From assembly GCA_020137815.1 (NCBI GenBank), contig CM035355.1:2046001-2110000 (forward strand): a stretch of 64,000 bases of DNA. The letters are read 5' to 3'. Position 1 is the stretch's first letter, and the number at the start of each line of letters is the position of its first letter. The stretch comes from Hormiphora californensis (Eukaryota > Animalia > Ctenophora). Shown here piece after piece: positions 45,601-59,200 of this stretch. Below the pieces are notes generated by a model. That model searched no databases. It saw only the letters and a list, made by a program, of their open reading frames with translations, and was not told the origin of the DNA. A program made the translations under genes and the position numbers.

Positions 45601-48600
45601 TTTTTAGCCCTTTTATTGTGTCTTTTTAATTTATTTATTTATTCCCTTCATGTACGTTTTCCTTTTATACCCGAGCGTCATGTTTTTGCCTAATGATTTT
45701 AAACTTAAATTTAACTTTAATCACCTTAGCATCTTTAACTTTCTTTTTCATCTGACAATGAAGTACCATTATAGATGTATATTGTTTAAATCCTTAAATC
45801 CTGTTTAAATCCATGTCAGGAGTGACGGTCGGGAAACCCTCCACTGTGTCTCTCCTGGTAATCAGATTATGCTCAAATTGGTCTCATTACAAAGATAATC
45901 GTTAGCCAAAGACGGGCAAAAAAATTCTGAATGATGAGGGGGTCTCATATCGAAGGAACGGAGAAGTTCATTCCGTTCATGAAAATGAATTTTGAGCTAG
46001 AGCTCTGATTTTTCTGTCAGGATCAAGATAGACATAGTGGAGCAACCCTGCCAAGTTACAGCTCTCCACCACATCGGCAACTATGGTGGTCTAGGGGGGG
46101 CCTTTTTTTTGCCGCACACGGTATAAAAGGGAGAGAAAGAGAGAAAAAGAGAGGAATCACATCACATAGCATATATAGCAGACAGGCAGAGAGAAAAACA
46201 TAGAAACAGACCCCTCGATTTGCGATCGGTACGATCGCCCCAGTTTTGCTAGTTGTTTTAATTCCTTTAGTTCCAAAACTTCCCCCTGCTTACAATTCAA
46301 ACTTTTTGAGTAAGCTAGGGGTCCACCCCTTATGTTTATTACTCAACAAATTTACATCCAATTTTATCTTAAATGTATTTCTTATTCTTCGCAGGTGGCC
46401 AAGATAAGGCTGGAATACCAGGATGCTGAAAATGCCAGAGTTCAGTTTAAAGACGAGGTATTGTTAAATTTTATTTTGTGCTCTTTTTGGTCTGTGCGAG
46501 ATATTGTGCAAATTTCATTTTTTGTCTTCTCTAATTCACAATTTTTCGTTTAGTTAGAAACGTTGAAATACTGTACGGAGCGAACAAACACTGATTTGGA
46601 GGTGAGGCGAGGGGAGATTAACCACCTGAAGAAGGAAATCCGGGCGAAAGAAGAGAAATTGGCACTTGTCAAAAAGAATGTTGAGGAGGCCAAGTCAACT
46701 CTGAATGAGGCCATGGACTCGACACTATCGGCCGAGGAACGGGCAATTCTTGCCGACCAGTATCTTGACAAAGAGGAACAGAGAGTTACAGAGATCGAGA
46801 AAGAAATCCGAAGATTGAGAGAGCAGCAGGTGCGTCATTTTCAAATTTCATCAGCTTTTATTCATTTCATTCATTACTGATGCACACAATTCGTCAGCTT
46901 GTCAAATTGTTGTGTAGAAGACATAAGGTCACACATTTGAGTCTCGCTCTGCATCGGAGTGTGTAACGCGCCCTTCGTTTCTTGTGGGTCGTGTCGCGCG
47001 CGCTGTTTGGTTGCCATAGACATTTCAACAGAGAGGGAGATTGAGACAGTGTGAAGAAAACTGAAATATGCTAATTTAATCTTCCTTTTCAGTTCAAGAA
47101 AAACGAGATTCTCCAGTCATTGAAAACACAATCAGGAAACAAACAAGCTGAGATCCAAGGCTCCCAAGCTGCCTCGAAAAATTTGAGCAGTAAGCTCAAT
47201 AAAATTGACCAGGAGGCGTTGAAACAACATGAAATTATCTACAATCAGGTATTTTTTTAGCTATCTCATTTGGTTCTTGGGATAATTGGATTTCCGGGCT
47301 GGAAATTCCGGTCTATCAATTTTGCTTCTACATACTATCTTCCTAAATCGCCTAATCATTTCCCTAGGATTTCCAACTGCAAGTCCTAGAGAGGAAGGTG
47401 GCCCGTCTTCAGGGTGAACGAAGCGATGAAGAGAGGGAGGCACTCTCAGATCGAATCAAACAACTGACGGAACAACACGACAAAGTGGCTGAAACGAAAG
47501 TATTCCTCGAGGATCAGATGAAGAAACTGAATGATGATCTGAGGAGAGCCAAGAGAGACCTCCAGAAAAGCTCGGGGGATAAGGGATACCTTGCTACGAA
47601 GATTGACGAACTAAACCTACATAATGACAGTTCACAAAGGTCTCTCAAGAAGTTGATCTCTGAGAAGGATGATCTGATGGTGGAACACAATATCCTGAAG
47701 TTAGAGCTAAAACGACTCCGGGAATCTCTGAACCACCAAGCGGACGGAGTATTGTCCCTAGACAAAAAGCGGCTCCAGCTGCAGAAAGCCATGGACGAGA
47801 GGAAGTATGACATTCACATTCATAAAGATATGTTGAGTCAGCAGATAAAACATGCTAGCACGGAGAAAGGGAAGATTAGTGCTGAGTTGCACGAGAGATG
47901 TAGCCAGATTGACAAGTTGAGAAAGAGGTATGAGATAGTTATGACGGCAATGGCACCGCCTGAGGGCGAGGAAGAACACTCTGCTGCATATTACGTCATC
48001 TCTGCTGCTCAGGTGTGTACACTGTACAGTCTTCTCATGATATAAATCGTAAAGCTACCCTCCCGCACACTTGATACCAGGTTTCAATTTTGTAACTGGT
48101 CCCACCCTAATCCGACCCCAGATTTCAATGTTTCACAACTTTAATCGTCTTCTCTTATTCCAGGAGAAGGAGGCTCTACAGAGAGAGGGTGACGAGCTGG
48201 ATGCGAATATTAGGAAGGCTGAAAAGGAGATCCATGCTCTGGAAAATACAATTAAAGTTATGAACGCAAGGAATAGCATGTACAGAAGCAACTTTACTAA
48301 GGTCGAACAATCGAGTAAGTAACATTTTGAGTTCAATTACACCTTTATAACATTCATGAGTAGTGTACTCGCAGAACAAGTCATTTATCGATACTGTCCT
48401 TCCCAACTTGTTAGCAACAACTTCTCACTAGGTGAAGATTTGGAGGAGGAGAGAACATTAGAGGAACAGAGACGAGCTGTGATGGACAAATACAAGTACA
48501 AGCGGCGTCAGGTCAGGGAGCTCCAGGAGGATCTGGACGCCATGTCTAGGACCTATGATAATCTTAGTGCAGAAGAGGCAACCATTGCGGGACAGGTAAA

Positions 48601-49283
48601 TAGGAAATTTTTAGCAGTTTGGTAGGTATGTACTGAGGGAGATAAATGTCACCTATCACCAATGTACTTTTGACAATATGATATACTAATTAGTTTCTTT
48701 GTTTAGGTTGGTGACGCTGAGTCCCGTCTAGAGATGGGTAAGAAACAGCACGGTGACCAGATGTCAAAACTGGACCGGGTCTCCAAACAACTAGTCCGGT
48801 ATGCCCGGGAAGTCCGAACGAACAAGGGTAAAACAACCCACACTAAGGAAGAAGATGACATCGATGTCAGAGATATGGCCGATTTTAACAAATCCATCTC
48901 CAAGGATCTAGTTGGATCCATCCAGTCTTATCCCGAGGCATTCTCGACTCTGTCTAACTTGTTATATCAGGCCAGTATTCCCATTCCGAGTGTGACTGGA
49001 CCAGGCACGGGGGGCTCTAGGGCGAGCAGCAGGGCGAGTAGCAGCTCTTCCATAATATCAGCAAGGAGCGATGTTAGCAGTGTGAAATCGTTGAGGCTGG
49101 GAGTCACCTCGCCAACACGTAAGTAGTATTTGTATTTCCTAATCTATTGAATAATTCTACCAATTTACTTCCTTTACTACTATGTACTTCATTGCTGTTA
49201 ATGTTGACCAATGAAATATTCCAAATCCCAGTGTCGATCACATTTGTGTTTCAGTTCAACTTGGAAAGCTGAGCCCGAAGTAA
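42691..49283 (+). CDS. CCDC39: Coiled-coil domain-containing protein 39 (axonemal 96-nm ruler), multi-exon
   Basis: Matching segments are [69 protein letters not shown]-like, [15 protein letters not shown] and [30 protein letters not shown]. Confidence 0.93.
43987..44070. repeat. 21-bp tandem repeat x4 (CGTCAGTGTGACGACGTGATC)
   Basis: Read directly from the sequence. Confidence 0.85.
44130..46111. mobile_element. Foldback-type element with two nested long inverted repeats in a CCDC39 intron
   Basis: Outer arms are 44130-44429 and 45812-46111. Inner arms are 44424-44750 and 44848-45174. The arms appear essentially identical. Confidence 0.9.
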
Positions 49284-49734
49284 ATTGAACAGAGGAGATC
49301 AACTCCAACTGCTATACGAAACAATACCACCTCGAGATTTTCACTGCCATTATATTTGGTGTTTTGCCTTGTCAACAAACTGTGTGTGGTTTTGCGACTG
49401 TGTTTTACCCAAAAACTCTTTGAGAGAGAGAGAGATGAGAGATTTTTAGATGAAAAAGTGTTTATGTGCCAGTGGAACTGAAGAGATGCAGTAAGGATGT
49501 ATTATAATTGTGTATTATATGTGTAAATATGATCGGAAACAGCAGTTTTTAGAGATAAAATTTCTCACAAATTGATGCAACGATGTAGACACTGCCTTTC
49601 TGAAAACTCGTGGTTTTAATTTTTCTTTGGAAATGGGGCCCTGGTCAAGTGTCTGGCGGCGTCGACACCATCTGAGCTGATCAAGGTGGGGATCAAGGTG
49701 TCTGTATTTTGTGGACTCAATCTCGCACCCATCA

Positions 49735-50200
49735 GCTCCTGACAGTGCAATTCCTGCTAACTCTCCTCACTCCAGTCAGTGCAATTCCTGCCCTTGGGCA
49801 CGTCGCGCCCCTCATGTTCGCGCGCCCGTAGGGCGATCCCCTCACACAGGGGCTTCGCGGGCAATTCCTGCCCACTCTCTTCGCTCCTGTCAGTGCAATT
49901 CCTACCCACTGTCTTCGCTCCTGTCAGTGCAATTCCTACCCACTGTCTTCGCTCCTGTCAGTGCAATTCCTGCCAACTCTCTTCGAGTCTTCGCTCCTGA
50001 CAGTGCAATTCCTGCCCACTCTCTTAACTCCTGACAGTGCAATTCCTGCCCACTCTCTTCGCTCCTATCATTCCAATTCCTACCCACTCTCTTCGCTCCT
50101 GACAGTGCAATTCCTGCCCACTATCTTCGCTCCTGACAGTGCAATTCCTGCCCACTCTCTTCGCTCCTATCAGTACAATTCCTGACCACTCTCCTCGCTC
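49735..50200. repeat. 34-bp minisatellite (TGCAATTCCTGCCCACTCTCTTCGCTCCTG[A/T]CAG)
   Basis: About 11-12 copies, read directly. Confidence 0.9.
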
Positions 50201-50429
50201 CGCTCACGTAGTCACGCGTGATGCCTGACACTACACTGTCATGCAGACTATTTTACTGCTGCCAGTCTTGGCCTGACCCTATTTTCATTTCTTTCGCGAG
50301 AACAGCGGTGGCCTGACCCCGGCTTGACAGTTTCACTGTACCATAATAACAAGTTAAAAACACAATGATTTATTCGAATTGAACGCTAAGAAATTGTATC
50401 AATATACACGAGGCGTCACAATGTTAATA

Positions 50430-50754
50430 CTGTAAAACCAGATATTTTCACGACCATTAATTTTCGCGATTCGATCAAAATTGACTATTTTCGCGGTTTT
50501 AATTTTCGCTAATCCCACTGCCACCCCCATTTCACGGTCCACGTTTATTGTCTAATTACGCCAAGAGTCAGTCATATGGGCAGTGGTAACACCATTATTA
50601 CCACTACTCCCATCTACAATGCTCAGGTTTCTCTACAAGCTCAATGATTTGCACGAGTTTTTTGTGAAAAATCGTCCAAAAATATTTTCGCGGATTTTCC
50701 AGCCAAAAATATAGAGCGAAAATTAAAATCTCACGAAAATTAATGGTTTTACAG
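50430..50754. mobile_element. TA-flanked MITE (Tc1/mariner-like)
   Basis: TA|CTGTAAAACCA...TGGTTTTACAG|TA with subterminal TTTTCGCG repeats. Confidence 0.75.
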
Positions 50755-52329
50755 TATATGTTATATATATAATTGTATATATTGATGTGTACTCTTGACA
50801 GGGGCATAATAAAAAACTAAAACGAAAACCAACGCAGAATGATTTCCCTCTCAGTCTCACTCTCAGCTCCGAATTCTGTTCCAATTAGAAACCAAAACTA
50901 TACATAACACTCCCATACACTCGTAGTCGTATAACAACGGCATGAGCTATTCCAGATCGAGTATAGTAATGCTAATAGTAACGGCCTCCCTTGCACCTCC
51001 GGAGATCTCCCGGAGACGTTCCCTAGAGACGTCCCAGTTGGGGGATTATAACAGAAAAACCACCAGAGACGAAAGTTACTGTCAGAAAAGTGACTCAGTG
51101 ACAATTCTGACACACTTTTTGGCGGTGCATGACTTCCCGGGCGGCGCATCTATTATAATCCCCAAGCTGGGGCTGCGGAGGTGCAAAGAAGGTCGTCCTG
51201 GTAATCTGTCAGGCCAATGCTCTGACCACGGTTCTCGCGCGAGAATGGGTCAGGCCAATGCTCTGACAGCTGGTAATTGACTAAACTTCCAACGCCATGC
51301 CAATTTAAATATCTTAAAGATGTTTTTGTATAATCATACTTAATCAAATATCATATAAATTGTTCATGTTGCAAGTGAGTTGATTTTCAAATTACACCAC
51401 AAAAAACTATACTTGATGAGTATCTACAGAGCTTGTAAAAGAAAATAAAGGAAACAATAACAATTGTTCAACGATCTCTAGATTCCATCTAAATGTACAC
51501 TAGATAAAAGAGACTTTGTGAGAGCTTCTATAATACAGCATCAAATTATTACATTGTCATTACAACGCATCTATACCGACTAAAAGTTTGTTATGCACAC
51601 GTGGGATAGTGATATATCCCAAATAATCACGTGATATTTCATAAAATATTTGATAACTCACTGCAGATCTAAGGAAAAATAAATCAGTTTCTAAAAATCT
51701 AACTATCAGCTGCACATTTCTCGAACAGATCAATAGCCGGCGGCCTACTGACACACACTCACACTGACACGATCCGTTTTACGGGACAATTTGGGAGAGG
51801 GAAAGACTTGCAGCGTGCCTTTCTGTGCAGTAGATCAAATCCTTTCAGACTATAAGTATACTGCACGGAAAGACGTTCGATATAACGTCTTGATCCCGAC
51901 TCCCCACACTCTCAACTGTTACTTCGACATTTTCGAAATGAACCACCCAATTTTAAAATCACCGTCATATATCTTAACACATTAACATCTTCATCGAATC
52001 TCGAGCTCAAGAGGCGAAGGGGATAAAAAGTCCGCTGAAAGACAAAAAAAGAAACACAATTTCTCTTTCTTGCACACTAACAATTATACGTCTCAGGCGT
52101 CAGTCTCTTTATTGGTGAACTCAACAGTCTCAAAGTCTATTAATAGCTGTTCTCTGAAAAGAGGGGGTTGGGTTAGAGAGAGAGAGGGGTTAGTTAGTTA
52201 ATTAATTATGCAGTCACTGTTCAGCTCATGGTCATGCTTTGATCACCGGGTTTAGAGATAGAAAGGTGCTGTCTGGCAAGTAGAACAAGAATTATTTGCA
52301 TTATGTATCCATAATGCTACGTTTCCCTG

Positions 52330-52720
52330 CCCTCTTCGATTTGCCATTCAACTCGCAAAATGGGGATTTGTGTTTTTCGAATTTTTGAACAAAACGCAGA
52401 ACAGATTTTTCAATTTCTCCATTTTCCCCAATGAAAACGTGCGGCCGATATAAAACAAATTTTGCCGCACGTTACAGTTTATAGCCGCGCGCCCCTCATA
52501 AAATCTCAATTGTTTGCGCGCGCGCATGTTACTCCGCAAGTGTCAGATCGCGCACGCCGCGAGGTTGCCCCTCGCAACGAAAGTGTGACCAAAATGGTCC
52601 CTCTACCGATTAGTTAGTATATCAAAATGTCGTTTTCGAATTCTAACCCTGCTATGCCTTTTTACAAAGTAAAAAGGCATCCGGGTGAATGCCTTCGGCA
52701 TTCACCCGGGCAGGGAAAAA
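52330..52720 (-). mobile_element. Second Helentron/DINE-like element, inverted relative to 41858
   Basis: Its reverse complement begins TTTTTCCCTGCCCGGGTGAATGCCGAAGGCATTCACCCGG. The left boundary is approximate. Confidence 0.5.
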
Positions 52721-52762
52721 ATGAACAAAAACAGGAAGAAGGATACATATTTTTAGGTAATA

Positions 52763-52919
52763 CAGTCGTACCCCGATTTACTGGAACCCCGATTTACCGG
52801 GAGGATAAATTTCCCCCGATCTAGGAAATTAACGGTATTTGACCCCGATATACCGGACACCCCGATTTACCGGGCAAAACCCTTTCCCCCGAGCATCCCG
52901 GTAAATCGGGGTCCGACTG
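52763..52919. mobile_element. pogo/Tc1-like MITE
   Basis: TA|CAGTCG..CCCCGATTTAC...GTAAATCGGGGTCCGACTG|TA. Confidence 0.8.
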
Positions 52920-53139
52920 TATATTATGTCACAATGGGATGAAAGGTGAAAAACAGAAGAGGAAGATAAAAGGAAGAGACATAATAATAATGGACTACGG
53001 AGTTTGCATGTTTCAGTTTGTAGATAGAACACCACCAGCATCAGATAAAGTTGTCAAACTGATCATTTTATAGGATTAGTATCAGCTCAGGAAATTGAAA
53101 GTATATCGGGCACTTGAGCATGCACACTTCATTATATAT

Positions 53140-53265
53140 AGCACTGTTATACTACTGCACTAGCACTGTACTACTACTGCACTAGCACTGTACTACTACT
53201 GCACTAGCACTGTACTACTACTACTGCACTAGCACTGTACTACTACTGCACTAGCACTGTACTAC
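53140..53265. repeat. 22-bp tandem repeat (CTACTACTGCACTAGCACTGTA)
   Basis: About 5 copies just downstream of the arrestin stop codon. Confidence 0.85.
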
Positions 53266-53271
53266 AGCTCT

Positions 53272-56200
53272 TTAGCTCAAGTAACCTTGTCCTTCAGTGG
53301 GTGCCGTTGAACCTGCTGCTGCTGCTGGTGCAGTTCCGGATGAACCCTCCAGGTCAATTAGCGGAACATCATGGTTGTCACTAAGTGTAATTACATAATT
53401 ACTGTGTGTCTCTCTGTGTGTAATTACATAATTGAGGGTGCGGAAATTAATATCTGTGTGCTGTTGCTGTTGTGCTAGTGTGATTTTAAAGGTGATCTTG
53501 TAGTGAAAAGTGGGTTTGATACTGATAGGGATCGAGAAGTTGTGCTGGTCAATTATAGAAACCTGGAATTAAGATTAATTAATATTCAATTAGTCGTGGA
53601 GTGGCGTTTGTCTGAGGTGAAGCCGCTCGAATGTCGACATTTTGTGATCAGTTGATGTCCGCCCCAGAGTATCAGCATTACTCCGGGTGAGGGTGTTAGC
53701 TCGAGATGATTGTGGGGAAGGTTGGTAATAAGCGAGGGATGGCGGTATGATAGGATAGAGGTTGCCCCATGTCTGTTTTCTACAATGTGGATTGTGGTGA
53801 GAAGGGGGGGGGGGGCCCTGTGAGAATATATGTTATTTCAATCTTGGGAAATAGCTTGTTACACTTACTCAGCAGTTGTAGATGCGTTGTTGTAGGCGCC
53901 TGAAAGAGAACGAAATATTAGAATTAAGAAATTGTGTTTTTCTGTTCTCCCCAACCAGATATTAAGGGGGGGGGGGGGCCAAGGCCAAAAAAAGCCAGAT
54001 CAATCCCGGATTTTAGGGCGGGTTTGGCTTTTTTTGGCTTTTTTTGGCCCTACTTTTTTGGTCATTTTGGCATGTAATTCTGACATTATATGGTCTGTAT
54101 GACACTAAAAACACTTTAAAATGGCTTCTTTGATCTAGTTTTATCATTTTATATCGATAGGGAAATATTTTTTTACCGAAAAAAGTTTGATTTAAAAAAA
54201 GCCAGATCAAAAAAAGCCAAAAAAAGCCAGATCAAAAAAAGCCAAAAAAAGCCAGATCAAAAAAAGCCAAAAAAGGCCAGATCAAAAACAGCCAGATCAA
54301 AAAAAGCCAAAAAAAAGCCAGATCAAAACTGCCAAATCAAAAAAAGCCAGATCAAAAAAAGCCAAAAAAAGCCAAAAAAGGCCAAAAAAAGCCAGATCAA
54401 AAAAAGCCAGATCAAAAAAAGCCAAAAAAAGCCAGATCAAAAAAAGCCAAAAAAAGCCAGATCAAAAAAAGCCAGATCAGACCCGGATTTCAGGGCGGGT
54501 TTGGCTTTTTTTGGCCTTGGCCCCCCCCCATTAAGTGATTGACAGATTCACCACACCCCTGTTACATTGTTGAGTACAGCTCTGTTACACCACCTCAAAC
54601 CCGGACCGATTTGTATGTGGAAGGGGGGGGGGGTTAAATATTAAACCCACCTGGTTCACCCCCTGACCCCTGTTGTGTGAGCGACATCCTAATGCAACAA
54701 TACCCGTACCTGATTCACCCCAAGTCACCCCAAGACATCCTAACACATCACGTACCTGATTCATCGTGTAGTTCCAGGTTAATATTATCTGTATTGGCAT
54801 CACTGGCACAAGGTATGGGCTCCATATCCTCCTCGTGGTGCTCCGGTATCGGGTGGGACAGGGTGAAGGGGAGCTCTAGCTTCACTTCACTGGAAGGTGG
54901 GAGTACACTAAAACGGGGGAGGGGGACGTGTTTCTGTATCGATGTCAAATTGTTTAGGTGTTTCGGGCAGCTGCTGCAGAGCTGTGGTGGAGAATACCAG
55001 CGGTTCTTGTTGGACCAATCTCAGTCTCTCGTTCAGAATGTATATTGTTTTGGATGTTACTCAGAACCGAAAGAGCTCACTCACACTCTCAGTGTCTCAT
55101 TTGCTCTTTTGATTCTAAATTTGCTCTCTCCATCACACGCTCCATCTCTTTTTGATTCATCTCTATTATTAGCATCATTTAGCCCTTTGTTGCTGCAAAT
55201 CATCTGCAAGTATTATAACCAGCGGGGGTAGTATCGGTAATTTTTAGATCAGTCAGCTGTTAGTCTGCAGAATAAGTCGCGGCTGTGGAGCTCGAGAAAA
55301 GGGGATTGAGAGATAGTCAAGTCGGCTGCTAATATACTCACCCTCCCATGGAGACAGCCAATTCAATCTTAACAATGTATTTGACAACGATACCCAGAGA
55401 TTCTCGTGTTGAAATTGGTAGTGCTCTGAAGGGGGAGATGGGGTGGGGTTAGAGAAATGGAATGGGGTTGGGGTTATAGAGATGGGGTGGAGTGGGGTTA
55501 GATAAGCTGATACAGTTGAAAACAGGGAGATGGGATGGAAAAATACGGTACGGGGGGTAATGGTTGGTCATGTAATAATCCCTCCATAGAGGAAGGGCTC
55601 CCGCGTTACGGACAGGAGAGGAGAACCGGTGCTCTTACGTGCTTGCTTGACGCCAAAGAGAACAAAAGAAGATCCATTATAATAGGCATATACGTTAAAT
55701 CGCATACACGTCACACACGACGCATATATTGCGTATGATGAAAAGAGAGGGAGAAAGAGAAAGAGGGAGAGAGAGAAATATAGATAGAGGATGAGAGAAA
55801 AAGAAAGTGTAGGGTACCTAGTACTGTATTCATTTACTTTGTCGAGTATTATTTTTAGAATAAAGCGCACTCCACCGTTCGAACGGTACCTTTGATCGCT
55901 ATCGCCGCCCTATCTCGGGCGTGGTAGGGTTACGAAAATAGCTTAGCAAGCAAATTATATTGTGAAACTAATCCCATAAATCTTTACAAGCTACCTAACA
56001 GGCATACTGCCGAACTTTGCCGAACTAACATGATGGAGTAATGCAACTTGTTTTATGAAACCCTGCGGCGCAGGAGGAGAGAGAGGGTCGAGCAAAGATA
56101 ACTTACATGGTGGAAGAAGCGAGGTTGGTGTCCTCGCTCTTTATTTGTCCATCCAGGGCCAGGCCTCTCTTGTCTTTGTTCTCCTCAAGAAGCGGCCGAA

Positions 56201-59200
56201 TAGAGAAGGTCTGGGCAGTTGTTTGACTTGGCTGTACATTCAAACTGAAAGAGGGATCATACATTGTGAAAAAACACAAGTTGCAGTCCATATATGGAGG
56301 TGGAAAAGATGAAATTGCAATTGGTGTTAAATGGGGAGGGAGGAGGTGGTCAGATTTATTCTTTAGAGAGGAGAGATAGAACCCTTCTCTCACTTACTCA
56401 TGTTCCACTGATGCAACAGTACACTTGTAGATGGCATTTGAAAACAAACAAATGTTAGCAATCTGTTTCACTGATAACCGTAGCTTTTTCACTGCTCTCG
56501 TTGACTGATTACCAATCGTTATGTGAACATATATCGTCTCTCCGTGTATGTATCTCTGAATAGAAAGCAACTACATATTATAATACTGGCAGTGTAGTCG
56601 TTGAGTTTGGGGGAGAAGAATAATTTTAGAGCACACTGACAATATAGGGTTACTCTGTCTATCACCGGGCGCCCTAAATATTCAATAATAAAGCCGCTAG
56701 TCAGGTTTTCTGCACAGCATGATAGTCAGTGGAACACAAACCTCCTTATCAAGTCTGGCCTCTACATGAAGGGGATTAGGACTCATCATAAAGTTTTTAG
56801 CTGACTCGATGTAGGGTTGGGGAGCTGACGATTCTGGGGCATGGGTTATCTTCTTTATCAACAAATCCACTACTTGTCTGAAATGGGGGGGGGGGGGATA
56901 TTGAGAAATTATCCAGATTTCAAACCATATACACTGGACAAACACATTTGGGCCCAAATTGGGCAAAACGCCAACGACAGCCAACCGATGTTTTGTAGCA
57001 TACGATTAAGTTTCAGGTGAGTGGTGACCTTACCACCTTATCTACAATCACACACATATAAATAGGCTTCCATGGACTGAGAGCCCCACTATTCGAATTT
57101 TGCTGTATCTTATACGTTGGATATCAATTATAATTTTGTTCGAAATAATGGGTCGTTTTAACAAATCCAAAGCCACTGGAAGGATTGGAACCCCTGTTGA
57201 ACTGTTTTCCAGAAACATCGACCGCGACTACCGCGACGTCCCTTTAACAGGAAGGGTCCTCCCAAGCCTTATCGTAGAAGGACAAAAAGTGAGCGGATCG
57301 TGGAGAATGGAATCTGTAGCCCAGGGATTTTCTGATGATGGCCGATTTTCTGTCTTCGTCGTGGACTTGCCAATGACTACGGAGATCGAATTATTTATCG
57401 AACGGATCGTGGCTAAAGCTGAACAGTTAGGTTTGGGAATCTTGGATCAAGTACAGGATTGTGTCTACACTACATCTGAAGACCTCCAGATTTCTCTCGA
57501 TTCATCTCCAACTAACTTCAACTACGTTATAATGCCTGAGTCGAACTACTTTGGGAAAATTAAGATGTGTGAGAGGAATGGTAAAATCACACAATGCATA
57601 ACATCCAGAGTTGTGCAACTGGTGTTAGGGAACCTCTCTGGGCATCAGAGCCCCGAGGATACTCTCAATAATATTCTGAAGAAAACCAACCAGAAGATTG
57701 GTGGTATCAACTGGACAGTAGACTCTGATGCGAAAGGACTACCGCATTCCGTTTTCAACGAACAGACACTCATTTTAGGAGCCGTTCTAACTCGCCTTTC
57801 GGGAAGTGGAACTCCAAAGACCTCTAACACACCGCATCGCCGCAATCGTTGGGTGCTCATCTACAACTCTGAATGCAGGCCATTACTTGAATCGGGTTCT
57901 ACCGATTTTCCCTGACACCGATGGTGGGATCAATGCCTACATCGAAGGGATTGGCCAAGTTATAAACGAAATGCTGTTAGAATACTGGAAAGAAAACAAA
58001 GCGTTGCCCGAGAGGATTATATACTATCGAAATGGAATAGTCAGCTTCAAGGGAGTGCGTAAGGAGCTAAATGAGATCCAAGAAGGCTGCTCAGATTTAT
58101 ACGAACTGAAGGCAGCACATCAGCCTCTAATATCTGTGGTTATGTGCAGTAATCAACGACGCGGTAGGCAACGCTTTAGAAAAGTTTCAGGAGAAGATTT
58201 AGATTGTGGAACGGTGGTAGATAGTGTAGTTACCTCTCCTTACAACTTGGAATTCTATCTCCAATCTGGAAATCAAGGTACTCCCCCAAGTCGCTACGTG
58301 ATTTTCCATGACGATAGCCAGTTTAGCATTGACGAATGGGAGATGCTCTCTTTCTACCTGTGTCACTGTGACCCACGTTCCTCAATGGTGTTGGGCATCC
58401 CTGCCCCTGCATTGTACGCGTACTTGAGTTTCAGAGCAGCTCGATCTAAACTAGAGGCGTGTGATATCGACTGGGCTAATCCTCCAAGTGCTAATGAGCT
58501 GATTAGAATCCTAGAGCCCTCTACAAACCGGGAATAAACAGCAATGGTGACTGGTGGTGTTAGATACAGACAGAAGACTGGTGACTGGTTGTGATAGATA
58601 CAGACAGAAGACTGAATTATATGATAGCCTGATGATTCCGTAAGGGCAGTAATAAAACAATTGTAGCGTATTGTTCAAAACATATTTTGTTGTTTAAATT
58701 TGTGAAGGATGAATTATTTAATTTTCTAAAGCGTTTTAGATAATGTGTTTATGTTTTTCAACATCACTTACAATAAGACTAAGGGGAGGAGGAGTACCCA
58801 GTATATCATTATCAGGTTCCTAAGACGTCGTATACAAACAAACAACCCCTAAGCTAAAATTATTTTGTAATACCCCACCTTCACTCACTTTCTGTTCGGT
58901 GTTTCATGCATATCTTTAGCTACGTAGGTCCGCAGACAATACTCAACCCCACACGGTTTACTGCTCTGATCGTTTTTAACGGGCTGAAGCGTTACTGAGC
59001 TTGGGATACCGGCTGGTAACTGAGGGAAGGAGTGGTGAATTAAAAGGGGTGGTAACTGAGGGAAGGAGTGGTGAATTAAAAGGGGTGGTAACTGAGGGAA
59101 GGAGTGGTGAATTGAAAGAGGGTGGTAACTGAGGGAAGGAGTGGTGAATTAAAAGGGGTGGTAACTGAGGGAAGGAGTGGTGAATTAAAAGGGGTGGTAA

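Noticed and set aside
49735-50200. 34-bp repeat array resembling a CRISPR array
   Set aside because: The units are head-to-tail without unique spacers, there are no cas genes, and the context is eukaryotic. It is a minisatellite.
58628-58660. CTGATGA followed by a small stem, as a possible hammerhead ribozyme
   Set aside because: There is no GAAA core after stem II and no closing stems.
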